DNA of 64,000 nucleotides from Escherichia phage vB_EcoM_IME392: sequence record MH719082.1; one strand, 5' to 3'. Shown piece by piece: positions 1 to 8,889 of this stretch (position 1 is its first letter; each line of letters starts with the position of its first letter). The notes under the pieces were generated by a model. It saw only the letters and a program-made list of their open reading frames with translations, ran no database searches and was not told where the DNA came from. The position numbers and the translations under genes were made by a program.

Positions 1-669
1 CACTGCCGTAGCACGAGATAGGAAGTCATAGCGAGTTAAGTCTCCAAGAGCTACCCATAACGTGCGGCGACCCTGTGTAGCAAATCCGAGGACTTCCTGT
101 AGCATGATAGCAGACTTACCACCACCAGGACGACCTACGAACTGAATTACCTGACCAGGAATATAGCCATTGAATACTGATGCTTCAGTAACCACATCCA
201 GAGTAGACTGGAATACGCCATCTAAACCACCGATGTCATGCTCCATTACAGTATCTACATCCAGACCACCCAGAGTATGTACCGGAATAGTTGAAGTAAG
301 ACTACGAGGAATCTCGCGAATCATATCAATCAACATTCCGGTATCTTCGGAGTTAGCCTTCATGATCTCGGTCAGTTTACGTTCCTGATAGAACTTGAAG
401 AAGTTATTTACAATCTTCTCTATTTCTTTAGGATCCGTAACCAGACGGAAGTTTTCAGCTAACTCCACAAAGTTAGATATGTCCTCGGCAGGACATATTT
501 CACCAAGTATCGAATGAATTACAGCTGGGGTAGCATCCGGTAACTTAATACCGGACTCCACGAGGGCTCTTGCAATCTCAGTAGACCAGGGAAGATCATT
601 AATAGTGAGTCCCATAGACTCTTTGATCTTAGGGTTAAACAAACTTGCTACGTGTGTGATCTCTGACAT
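1..669 (-). CDS. RecA-fold P-loop ATPase, DnaB-like replicative helicase candidate (partial; 3' end lies beyond window start)
   Basis: ATG at 669-667; hand translation gives MSEITHVASLFNPK...; Walker A GRPGGGKS about 190 aa in; ORF runs off position 1. Confidence 0.45.
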   Translation of the reverse strand, partial: MSEITHVASLFNPKIKESMGLTINDLPWSTEIARALVESGIKLPDATPAVIHSILGEICPAEDISNFVELAENFRLVTDPKEIEKIVNNFFKFYQERKLTEIMKANSEDTGMLIDMIREIPRSLTSTIPVHTLGGLDVDTVMEHDIGGLDGVFQSTLDVVTEASVFNGYIPGQVIQFVGRPGGGKSAIMLQEVLGFATQGRRTLWVALGDLTRYDFLSRATAV

Positions 670-678
670 TTCTATGTC

Positions 679-2319
679 CTATTTGCGAAATGATACCTTA
701 GCGTGACTGATTACTTTCAGTCTACTTTTAATAGTTTCCATCTTGGACTTCATCTGCTTATTCAGCATATAGTTATGCTTATCGAAGAAGAGTCCTACCT
801 TAACTGCATCACCACGAGCCGAACGACCGATCGTCTGAATTACGCTCTTGTATGACTTACCAGTTAATGGTATAATAGAATCTAAGTTAGGGATGTCGAT
901 CCCTTCGGTACCTACGGATGTAGTAATCAGCACTTTGAATGCTAAATCCTGAGCTAGTTCCTTGAGTTCATCAAGTCCCAACCCATCCGCTTCGCCTACA
1001 GGTGTCCAAACTACCGAACTCGAGAAGAATACAGTATCAATTCCAATAGCATTCAGATTCTTAGCGATCTGAACACCATCCTCGACCTGCACCATCGGGA
1101 TATAGGTTATTCCTTTACCACCGAATACTTCATTATAGGTTCGTTTAATAGCCTCAGCAGTCATCATGCTACCCATATGCAGGTACAAACTACCTAACAT
1201 ATACTCGGGTCGCTCTTTCTGATACTTGGCAATAACAGATCTGTCTTCTGACATCTCAACCAGTATTTCTGTCAACTCTACCGGAACAGGTAGGTCGTGC
1301 TCAATAATGGATGGTCCGCAATATGCTAATACAGCCATCCCTTTACTTGATGCTCCGAACTTAAATCCTTCTACGAGTAAACTGACGCCTTCCAGAGAAT
1401 CTCCGGTAGCCGTAGTTCCCCAGATATACTCGGGATCAATTAGTTCGGTAAGTCTCTGCCAACCAGATGCAGAGAAGTGGTGAGCCTCGTCGGCTATAAT
1501 ACAGTTTACCTGTTTAAAGAACTCGGCATACTCACCTTTCTTGTATTTATTAGTTCTCTGGAGTCCAGCAGGATTAATAACGTTAATCGGGCTATTTACA
1601 TCCAGATCCCACGGAATAGTTACCCCGTACTTCTCAGCACGTAGAATAATCTCTTCCTTAACTCTGTTAGCGAAAGTATAGATTAGTACTTTCTCTGTCA
1701 GACCCGCTTCCAGTACAGATTCGGCAGTACCGATCAGCAGTTCTGTCTTACCAGCACCGGTATATAAGCCAATAATTCCGAACTTAGAGTGGCAGATAGC
1801 ATCTGCTGCACTCATCTGAATTTTACCCTTCTCTGGCTTAGGGTGATTCTGATAGATATCTATCCATTTCTGGCTAAAGTTAAATGCTGGATCTTCCAGA
1901 CTATTATCGAACTGGGTAGGATCATCAGCAGTAGCGAACGCTGTAGCTCCTGGAATTACATCAGCTCCAGAGTTAATCAGCTGATATAACATCTGACCGA
2001 CGCCTAATTGGCAGTTAACCTCTCCAGAGAATAGACTCGTATATTTAATTTCTTTACGAGTCGGTAACATTCTCTTCATCCGCCAATTGTATTCCATAAC
2101 ATCTTCGATGGCGGTAGCGAACATGTGAATCTGTTTCAGAGCTTCCTGATCGTCAGCCGTGATCTTGCACAGCATACGAGGCTCGCGAGTAAAATGTACA
2201 TTGTACGTTTTACCTACAGACTCGTTCTTAATCTTGGCCAGTTCCATGCGGATAGCTTTAGACACATCCGGATTTACTTTAGCCTTCTTACCTACAAGAT
2301 CCTCTAGCTTTACAGACAT
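679..2319 (-). CDS. Superfamily-2 DEAH-box helicase
   Basis: 546 aa; Walker A GLYTGAGKTE, DEAH box IIADEAHHF, motif VI QTIGRSARG; RBS AGAGGAG upstream of ATG. Confidence 0.75.
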   Translation of the reverse strand: MSVKLEDLVGKKAKVNPDVSKAIRMELAKIKNESVGKTYNVHFTREPRMLCKITADDQEALKQIHMFATAIEDVMEYNWRMKRMLPTRKEIKYTSLFSGEVNCQLGVGQMLYQLINSGADVIPGATAFATADDPTQFDNSLEDPAFNFSQKWIDIYQNHPKPEKGKIQMSAADAICHSKFGIIGLYTGAGKTELLIGTAESVLEAGLTEKVLIYTFANRVKEEIILRAEKYGVTIPWDLDVNSPINVINPAGLQRTNKYKKGEYAEFFKQVNCIIADEAHHFSASGWQRLTELIDPEYIWGTTATGDSLEGVSLLVEGFKFGASSKGMAVLAYCGPSIIEHDLPVPVELTEILVEMSEDRSVIAKYQKERPEYMLGSLYLHMGSMMTAEAIKRTYNEVFGGKGITYIPMVQVEDGVQIAKNLNAIGIDTVFFSSSVVWTPVGEADGLGLDELKELAQDLAFKVLITTSVGTEGIDIPNLDSIIPLTGKSYKSVIQTIGRSARGDAVKVGLFFDKHNYMLNKQMKSKMETIKSRLKVISHAKVSFRK

Positions 2320-2321
2320 AA

Positions 2322-2840
2322 TTACTCCTCTTTACTCTGGTAAAGTAACTGGATATCTGCCGAGTTCTCGACATATTCCTGAGCTATTCGAATAGCTCTA
2401 ACGACCATAGCCTTCTCTCCCCAGCTTAGGAATTCTGGGGTAGCAGCCATCTTAACTACTAACTCGCGAGAAAGATCTTCGATACACTTAATCTTGTTCG
2501 AGACCTTAGGGAACGCAAGTCTATTATTAATAGTTATACGATCAGCAGGAATCTGGGTGAAGGTCTCGCTGAATAGTCTATCGAAATCTCCGATATTTAA
2601 TTCAGTGAAATAACCCTTACCCTCTTCTGTATCGAATATACCATGAACAACTACTTCTTGTCGAATAGATACATTTAGTAAGTACTTCGAGTTCAACAAG
2701 ATAACGTAGATGCTCGAATAGCTCCGAAGATCTCGTTTCCATGCTGATAGGGACTCAGTAGGTGATCCCTTGTATTCTACTCCCGAATTCAGAAGCATCT
2801 TACAAAATGGGTCTAGGCTGTTAATTACTACAGTACTCAT
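2322..2840 (-). CDS. hypothetical protein
   Basis: ORF; start moved to internal ATG (2840) preceded by GAGGAG; motif copy 21 bp upstream. Confidence 0.5.
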   Translation of the reverse strand: MSTVVINSLDPFCKMLLNSGVEYKGSPTESLSAWKRDLRSYSSIYVILLNSKYLLNVSIRQEVVVHGIFDTEEGKGYFTELNIGDFDRLFSETFTQIPADRITINNRLAFPKVSNKIKCIEDLSRELVVKMAATPEFLSWGEKAMVVRAIRIAQEYVENSADIQLLYQSKEE

Positions 2841-2860
2841 TGTATTCTCCTCACGTGCCA

Positions 2861-2893
2861 CAGTTTAACAGCCTTTCGACGCTAATTAAAGGT
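2861..2893 (-). promoter_or_regulatory. conserved leftward promoter-like motif, copy 1 (3' half divergent)
   Basis: core GTTTAACAGCCTTTCGAC; ends 21 bp upstream of start codon at 2840. Confidence 0.45.
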
Positions 2894-3197
2894 GGTCTTT
2901 AACAGTTCCCAGGATAGCTTCTCTGGTGTGGATTAGGCCAGATCGATTAATCTCTACTTTGGTGGTAGTCACCATTTCGAATACTTCCAGCTCAATACCA
3001 GGATGAGCCATGCATGTATGAATCAATACAGACAGAGCATCATCATAGCTGGGATAACCAGTGGCATATTTATGATTGTCGTTCCACAGGCGGTCGGTTG
3101 CATGCCTGCGTTCGCTGATGTAAGATATCTTACCTTCTTTCATCCGGCCTACATAATACTTAGCTTCGGAATTATCCGAAATATGTAACGTTTCCAT
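2886..3197 (-). CDS. hypothetical protein
   Basis: ORF; start at internal ATG 3197 with AGGAGA RBS. Confidence 0.5.
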   Translation of the reverse strand: METLHISDNSEAKYYVGRMKEGKISYISERRHATDRLWNDNHKYATGYPSYDDALSVLIHTCMAHPGIELEVFEMVTTTKVEINRSGLIHTREAILGTVKDHL

Positions 3198-3241
3198 AAT
3201 TTCTCCTAATGGGGAGTTTTTACCTCCCCCGAGCAAAGGTA

Positions 3242-3487
3242 TTAGAATGGGCTATGACGAGATTCCGTTACTTGCAGACCGGAGAGGATCTGACCGATAA
3301 AGTCATAGCTTACACCATCTTCTACAGATGTAATCTTAACTTCATTGGTATTTTCGATCTTCTGGCCAGTTGCCAGTAATCCGTTAGGGAGGACGACGCC
3401 TACGAATTCACGAGTATCGACTGGCTTACGAAAGTGCTTCTTAGCTGGTTTCTTATGTCTCATGAACGGATTGTTATTATAAGGCAT
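3242..3487 (-). CDS. hypothetical protein (basic N-terminus)
   Basis: 81-aa ORF, ATG start. Confidence 0.45.
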   Translation of the reverse strand: MPYNNNPFMRHKKPAKKHFRKPVDTREFVGVVLPNGLLATGQKIENTNEVKITSVEDGVSYDFIGQILSGLQVTESRHSPF

Positions 3488-3794
3488 TGTCTGATTCCCC
3501 TTTTATAGTATGATCTTTGAAAACTCTTAAACTATACGGATTCTCTATTTCTTCGAACTGTAGACCATCAAAGCCATGTATCATATTCACATAGTTCATA
3601 CTATACATAGTAATTCTGATTTGCCAGATCGTCGAATTAGAGGACTTACGAAATACTCTACACGGCTCACTAACTACAGCACCCTTAATCTTCCCAAGTT
3701 CCCTGAGAATACCAGTTATGTCCTCGATCTCGCAGAACGATTGAAAGATGCGGGATGGACATCGTCTTATGGGACTAACGTCTGAACCATACAT
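3477..3794 (-). CDS. hypothetical protein
   Basis: 105-aa ORF; weak RBS; motif copy 52 bp upstream. Confidence 0.3.
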   Translation of the reverse strand: MYGSDVSPIRRCPSRIFQSFCEIEDITGILRELGKIKGAVVSEPCRVFRKSSNSTIWQIRITMYSMNYVNMIHGFDGLQFEEIENPYSLRVFKDHTIKGESDNAL

Positions 3795-3845
3795 AATTTT
3801 ACATAATAGGTAAGTTGGACACAGAAGGACGCAGTCACGCCTCCA

Positions 3846-3881
3846 CCGTTTTAACAGCCTTTTAGGTCATTAAAACGGCGG
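3846..3881 (-). promoter_or_regulatory. conserved leftward promoter-like motif, copy 2 (palindromic variant)
   Basis: CCGTTTTAA-CAGCCTTTTAGGTCA-TTAAAACGG; perfect 9-bp inverted repeat around core. Confidence 0.45.
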
Positions 3882-3888
3882 AGTTCAA

Positions 3889-4680
3889 TCAGTACCGAGG
3901 ATCAGTATCCTGATAGTCGCGAATTAGGTCATAGACGAGCACATCCAGACGAGTAGCATCTTCACGTTTCATGCGGGTAGGTCTGTACATATGGATACAT
4001 ACACAATGCTTAGACCAGACCTTAGCAGTCTGACGCTCCGTAAGTTCTTTACGGTCGATAATGTACTTCTCGAATGCGTGATAAGAGATAGGCTTTGATA
4101 CTTCGACATGCTGGCACATATCGAGGAACTGCGGGTAGTCGTCAGTTAAGAAGCGACTGAATACGTCCTGGTAATAAGAGTAGTTAGGGAATTTACCACC
4201 CTGCTCCAGAGATAACGCATGAGTCTCGATCTCCTTCAACATCAGAGCCATAAATTCCTGATTATTGCTGGGAGAGGTCCACATGTTTATCTCGCAGTAA
4301 TCTAACCGAGGGGAATAAACACGTACCTGAGTCTCGTGAGGAGTATACGTTTCGTGAGGGCTTCTGATAAAGAGAGTATCAGCATCTACATAGGAGTAAC
4401 CACGAAGATCCATCATTACCTGAATCTTGAGTCGCAGATAGTCACATACAGAGGCCATCTTAGCCTTAGTTTTCAGGATATTATACGCCTTCTCCATAAT
4501 AGGATCTCTGGCGAATAAATCCTGGATCATAACGCAACGGCAACCTTCGATAATATTCTCTTCGTTATCGATCACCAGTACATGATCATTAGGTCCGTAT
4601 TTCTGTAAGGACTTAATGCATTCCCGAACATGGATAGGCATTTTGGGTCCTACCCAAAGCTGGAAATAATTCTGACTCAT
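3889..4680 (-). CDS. GT32-like (DXD-motif) glycosyltransferase
   Basis: 263 aa; N-terminal YFQLWVG (cf. IHQIWIG), DYLRLKI...YVDADTLF (cf. DxxRyxxLyxxGGxYxDxD); RBS AGAGGTAA. Confidence 0.55.
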   Translation of the reverse strand: MSQNYFQLWVGPKMPIHVRECIKSLQKYGPNDHVLVIDNEENIIEGCRCVMIQDLFARDPIMEKAYNILKTKAKMASVCDYLRLKIQVMMDLRGYSYVDADTLFIRSPHETYTPHETQVRVYSPRLDYCEINMWTSPSNNQEFMALMLKEIETHALSLEQGGKFPNYSYYQDVFSRFLTDDYPQFLDMCQHVEVSKPISYHAFEKYIIDRKELTERQTAKVWSKHCVCIHMYRPTRMKREDATRLDVLVYDLIRDYQDTDPRY

Positions 4681-4904
4681 AGTTACCTCTATGTTATTTA
4701 TTTTAAACTGGATAGGGACTAATAAAGTAAATAGTAATTAAATACTTATTAATCTTCCTCTTATCTAATGCTAAGGGAAGCGTACTCGAGGAGTACAGAA
4801 GCTTAGCGAAGAGCGGAGTAACCATTTGATTTAAACAGTCACCGTAGAGAGCGAAGGAGTCGCGCCCGCTTGAGGCGGCGCGACCTCCGCTTCACCAATC
4901 CTAC

Positions 4905-5032
4905 CGGATGGACGCCTGCGACCACCCGAGCCTACCCCTGCCTCACTCACTAAAGCCACTTCGGGCTTTACCTCGTTCCGCTACGCGATACGCAGGCAGA
5001 TAGCTACACTAAGTCCCCTGGAGATGGCTAGT
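4905..5032. ncRNA. structured non-coding element, copy A (paralog of 59890-60010)
   Basis: ORF-free; hairpin AAAGCC-ACTTCG-GGCTTT (4952-4969) enclosed by 7-bp helix GCCTGCG(4914-4920)/CGCAGGC(4991-4997); about 70% identical to copy B. Confidence 0.35.
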
Positions 5033-5311
5033 AAGTATCCGTTACCAGACCATGTCCAACCTAACATTGACGAAGCCAGGGACTAGGCACTCCTCGCCAA
5101 TAAGCTACATTAGGATTTATGTCCGTATTTCGAAGATAGGCCGATCGGGGAGACTATGCATTCATCTCTGCTCAACCAGGAAGCACCGATTAGGGTAAAT
5201 ACCCAAACTATCTTCTTAATGTCACTCCTCCCAGACCGCTTCGGGACTTAGCTTAAGTCTTATCCGAATAATCTGGCATCTACGACGGACCGTAGTGTAT
5301 GGAGCGTACTG

Positions 5312-5345
5312 CAATTTAACAGCCTTTTGACTCATCAAAAGAGCG
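5312..5345 (-). promoter_or_regulatory. conserved leftward promoter-like motif, copy 3
   Basis: CAATTTAACAGCCTTTTGACTCATCAAAAGAGCG inside the tRNA island. Confidence 0.4.
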
Positions 5346-5644
5346 TAATTAGGGCCCGATTATTTCACTTAGCTTCCATCCGTTCGGGCCAACACGGATC
5401 GTACATGACGTTACCGTCGTTTCAAGTCACTCGGATTATTAGTTCCCGGTGCTCATATAAAGATGGTGCCACGTAGGGAATCGAACCCTATATCAGGTAA
5501 ACGTCTAGCCGTAGACTGCTGAGTGCCCTCAGCTACCCTATCACTTAACCGAACCATCGGCAAATCTTTCACAGATACTTACACGTGATTTTCTCTGATC
5601 GGATCTGGTGATTCCTCGGAGTCGAACCGAGGAGTGGCATAATA

Positions 5645-5720
5645 TGGTGGTCCATACTGGTTTCGAACCAGTGACCAAGCGATTATGAGTCGCCTGCTCT
5701 CACCACTGAGCTAATGGACC
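5645..5720 (-). tRNA. tRNA-Met (anticodon CAU; could equally be an Ile2-type CAU tRNA)
   Basis: hand-folded cloverleaf on - strand: GGTCCAT/ATGGACC acceptor, D-arm GCTC-AGTGGTGA-GAGC, anticodon loop CTCATAA, T-arm ACTGG-TTCGAAA-CCAGT, encoded CCA. Confidence 0.8.
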
Positions 5721-6189
5721 GAACTAGATTGAGCGATAGGCTATGGAGTACCTTACCATCGGGCGTCTTTCGCTAAATAGCCCATCATGGGCTACCGCAG
5801 GGGCATGACACCTATCGCTCAAATTGGTCGGGATCGTGGCCCACGTCGGAGGATTTGCCAAACTCCCCATTATCATAGCCTAAGCTATCCAGACGGCCGT
5901 AACTACCCTGCTCCGGTACATGCGATAATGGGGACGTATCCAAAGATGTGGAGATCCCGTTAAAATATCTTAAGCTTCTCGCTATGTGTGTCCTACACTC
6001 TACCCTTGCGGGGTACCGGAGGATGAATCCGAACTTCCTGCGACCACACACGGAGGCCCTTGCAGACGTGCTTTATTGCGCTCATCCTGGCATAGCGAGA
6101 ACTTAAGATATCTATTGATGCGCACCAGATAAGTATTTCCCAAGCCATGAACTTAATCTGGGATCTTGACCTATCCAGTGCGACTTATG

Positions 6190-6265
6190 TGGTACTCCCT
6201 ACTGGATTCGAACCAGTGACCGTCGGTTTAGAAGACCGATGCTCTATCCTCTGAGCTAAGGGAGC
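6190..6265 (-). tRNA. tRNA-Arg (anticodon UCU)
   Basis: hand-folded cloverleaf on - strand: GCTCCCT/AGGGAGT acceptor, D-arm GCTC-AGAGGATA-GAGC, anticodon loop CTTCTAA, T-arm ACTGG-TTCGAAT-CCAGT, encoded CCA. Confidence 0.8.
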
Positions 6266-6835
6266 TTAACTTTAGGATGACCTCTTAGCTTACCATCGCG
6301 AAAGCTACATGGAGTGTAGTTAACGTGAACTAAGAGGTCATCATAAAATCAGTTACTGACGAATTATACTTTCCCAACCATCCACATATACTGCGTTGGC
6401 TATGTAAAGAATGCAGAACAAGCCAACGATTAAAGGATTAATCATTGTACTTCTCCATTTAATTAAGTTACCTGCTTACTGTTACAGGGACGCCGTTCGT
6501 CGCGCCAGATTACCAATTGGCGTATTAAGCCAATCTCGCCAACCGCGTAACGCCATTGGCTGGTATCACATAGGCTTGTAGCCCTCAGTCAACCTATCCT
6601 GAGGATGAAGATCAGATACTCTCTAACGGCGGGATTGATAGTCCCAGAGTACGATCTCTTTGCCATTCTCGTATGACCTAGGAGACGACTGCCCTGGTTA
6701 AGGAGACCAGACAGCTGATATGGTTTAGTTTATTTTTAATTTGAGTCCCACTCATACCTTACAGACTCAAGCACTGCAGACCACCATGAAGCCGACTCGT
6801 ACGCTAACAGTCGACACCACGGATCCATGAAACTC

Positions 6836-6880
6836 CAACAATTTAACAGCCTTTCGACTCATCAAAAGAGTGTTAAATTG
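6836..6880 (-). promoter_or_regulatory. conserved leftward promoter-like motif, copy 4 (flanked by inverted repeat)
   Basis: CAATTTAACA-GCCTTTCGACTCATCAAAAGAG-TGTTAAATTG; 10-bp inverted repeat. Confidence 0.4.
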
Positions 6881-7021
6881 TCCGCTCCCTATCACCGAGC
6901 ACTGTGATGATGGGAAAATAGGGAGCGAAGCGATTCCTAAGTTTTATCTCTTCTCTAAGTGATTAACCGTTACATACGATGTACCTTCTCGAAAGAATTA
7001 AGCCGGTATTGGCACTTCAGA

Positions 7022-7056
7022 CACTTTAACAGCCTTTCGACCGTACAAAAGAGCGG
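7022..7056 (-). promoter_or_regulatory. conserved leftward promoter-like motif, copy 5
   Basis: CACTTTAACAGCCTTTCGACCGTACAAAAGAGCGG; tandem with copy 6, upstream of tRNA island. Confidence 0.45.
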
Positions 7057-7061
7057 CGTAA

Positions 7062-7604
7062 TTAGACGCTCGCCTCAGGCACTTTAACAGCCTTTGGACG
7101 TGTAAAAAGAGCGGGATTATACCATTCTGGGGTACGATAGAAAGAGATCTTACGACCCTCTTTCTTCCAGAAGTAGAATTTATCGTTGAGGTAGTTACGG
7201 TACTTCTCGTAGACTGTCTCACCAGGAGCACCTGATACACATGCATACGGAGTCATATCGGTCTCTGGACCTACTACCAGATTTTTAGGTAGTGCCACAA
7301 GACGGGATAAAATTTCTTCGGTTGCATGGAGCCGTCCGGTACGTTCAAAGAATAGCATGCATAAATAGCTTGCCAAGTCACGAACGAAGTTGTAGTTACC
7401 TGACGATTCACGAACCCACTTAGCACACGGATGATTAACATGCGTCTGCTTATAAATACCCTCGATAGCGTTTTCGCCATCCAGAACATGATGAGCAGTA
7501 GATAATAACTGAGCACACTCAATAATCATTTTATTCTGGTGCATAGGCATACAGTGGTCCATAGCACATTCTAACGCATCTTCGTGAGTACGGAAAATAT
7601 TCAC
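7062..7604 (-). CDS. hypothetical protein (His/Cys-rich)
   Basis: 180-aa ORF; strong RBS TAGGAGTAA; 3' end overlaps motif copy 6. Confidence 0.55.
   Translation of the reverse strand: MNIFRTHEDALECAMDHCMPMHQNKMIIECAQLLSTAHHVLDGENAIEGIYKQTHVNHPCAKWVRESSGNYNFVRDLASYLCMLFFERTGRLHATEEILSRLVALPKNLVVGPETDMTPYACVSGAPGETVYEKYRNYLNDKFYFWKKEGRKISFYRTPEWYNPALFTRPKAVKVPEASV
7080..7114 (-). promoter_or_regulatory. conserved leftward promoter-like motif, copy 6
   Basis: CACTTTAACAGCCTTTGGACGTGTAAAAAGAGCGG. Confidence 0.45.
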
Positions 7605-7684
7605 AATAATTACTCCTAACGTGGTTGCTTACTTTAAGTCTCTCGTGAAAGATTTAGAGTAAGCATCGGAGGAATTACCTCCGA

Positions 7685-7719
7685 CACTTTAACAGCCTTT
7701 CGACGGCACAAAAGAGCGG
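7685..7719 (-). promoter_or_regulatory. conserved leftward promoter-like motif, copy 7
   Basis: CACTTTAACAGCCTTTCGACGGCACAAAAGAGCGG; 81 bp upstream of start at 7604. Confidence 0.45.
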
Positions 7720-7721
7720 TT

Positions 7722-7883
7722 TTAAATTTTACATGCATCTCCGCAGTCGTCGTCACCAGGCTGGCTGATAACTTCGTCTACGTTAACCATGCGATCTTCT
7801 ACACGACGAGATGCCTCGTCTAATTCTTCCTGAGATGGGAGATTGGAGAAATCCAATTCTTCACCAGATTTATTGCCTGACAT
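7722..7883 (-). CDS. small acidic protein
   Basis: start at internal ATG 7883 with GGAGTGA RBS; 53 aa, Asp/Glu-rich. Confidence 0.4.
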   Translation of the reverse strand: MSGNKSGEELDFSNLPSQEELDEASRRVEDRMVNVDEVISQPGDDDCGDACKI

Positions 7884-8352
7884 AATCACTCCACACGTTA
7901 ATAACTTCTTTACCACAGGATTTAGCATAGGCTACACAGTTACCTGTGCCACCCGAACTACCATCCCATAGGGCTAATCCCATCTGACTACGGTTAACCA
8001 TGTATCGGTTACGCACCATCATCTTGAAGGAATCATACCCAGGCTCGGACACTATAATTGTGCGACGACTTTTTCTGCATAGCTCAGTCCATTTTTCTGT
8101 ATCTGCAGATCGCCACATTTTGGGTTGGTCAATCATAGGGATTGTTGCAAAGTATGGTATTCCGAGATTGGCACATGCCTGAGCACATGCCATATCCCAT
8201 CCTAACGCCATACCTATAAACCAGCAGTCCACGCTATTCTTAGCTGTAAGCTCCTGGATGTGATGTTCGGCAAACTGGGTAAGATGATCATGGCTAAAGT
8301 TATCCCATCCACCCAGCTTATCTGGCCTATGACCAGTCACGAACATAAACAT
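7870..8352 (-). CDS. SLOG-family (YpsA/DUF1273-like) Rossmann-fold protein
   Basis: 160 aa; FVTGHRPDKLGG ... RNRYMVNRS ... WDGSSGGTGNC pattern recalled from YpsA-like proteins. Confidence 0.5.
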   Translation of the reverse strand: MFMFVTGHRPDKLGGWDNFSHDHLTQFAEHHIQELTAKNSVDCWFIGMALGWDMACAQACANLGIPYFATIPMIDQPKMWRSADTEKWTELCRKSRRTIIVSEPGYDSFKMMVRNRYMVNRSQMGLALWDGSSGGTGNCVAYAKSCGKEVINVWSDYVRQ

Positions 8353-8693
8353 TACTTCTTGCCCATCTTAGCCTGCATAGCACGGACGGTATCCATGGCG
8401 CTGGCCAATTTGGCTGAAGTATCCTGCGGACCATCTTCTTCTAGCTGTTTCTTAAGGGACTCCATACGATCAGTAGTACCCTTAGTATCCATCTCGATTA
8501 ATTCGTTGATGGTCGAACCACCCACGTTAGGTAACTTACCCAGCTGAGTAAGATCCTTAACTTCTGGGATTTTAACATGAAGTTGAATAGACTGGGATGC
8601 TCTCGCGAACGACCCAGCACGACGATTGTCTCCTACCTTATTGTACAGGGAAGATAGGTTACCCAGGAACGTAATGATATCAGCAGTTTTCAT
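8352..8693 (-). CDS. helix-hairpin-helix DNA-binding protein
   Basis: start at ATG 8693 (ORF track begins at an upstream TTG); GGAGGA RBS; LGKLPNVGGSTINELIE HhH-like; motif copy 16 bp upstream. Confidence 0.5.
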   Translation of the reverse strand: MKTADIITFLGNLSSLYNKVGDNRRAGSFARASQSIQLHVKIPEVKDLTQLGKLPNVGGSTINELIEMDTKGTTDRMESLKKQLEEDGPQDTSAKLASAMDTVRAMQAKMGKK

Positions 8694-8708
8694 ATTTGAT
8701 TCCTCCAA

Positions 8709-8743
8709 CAAGTTAACAGCCTTTCGACCGTACAAAAGAGCGG
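8709..8743 (-). promoter_or_regulatory. conserved leftward promoter-like motif, copy 8
   Basis: CAAGTTAACAGCCTTTCGACCGTACAAAAGAGCGG in the divergent region between early and structural modules. Confidence 0.45.
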
Positions 8744-8889
8744 TTTTTACTCAAAAAGACTCTTAAAATTATGTTTTCGAGCTTTACAGGACGCCCCTGC
8801 GGTCTAAAGATAGGCCTCAAAAGGGTGTTTTTGTGAAGGTTGTCCGAGGCCCGTCCGTGACGTCTTCAATTATAAACAGGAGAAATACA

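Noticed and set aside
679-2319. Large ORF at the module boundary initially considered as the large terminase
   Set aside because: It carries a DEAH box and helicase motif VI (QTIGRSARG), not a terminase nuclease domain; the true terminase-like ORF is 9367-11193, followed by the portal.
170-2395. Short + strand ORFs (170-388, 1226-1483, 1789-1989, 2125-2395) inside the leftward helicase genes
   Set aside because: Each is fully contained in a longer, motif-supported - strand CDS; no independent start signals.
5464-5548. Possible third tRNA (GGTTCGATTCC T-loop on - strand)
   Set aside because: No 5' segment can pair with the 3' acceptor strand and no D-arm is present; kept only as a tRNA-like remnant within the island finding.
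5812-6051. 79-aa - strand ORF between the two tRNAs
   Set aside because: GTG start, no RBS, low-complexity product, embedded in a hairpin-rich non-coding region; more likely structured RNA or spacer.
2861-8743. CRISPR array as an explanation for the recurring 35-bp motif
   Set aside because: Copies are separated by irregular distances (58 bp to more than 45 kb) with genes between them, and carry a variable N6 core; this is not a repeat-spacer array.
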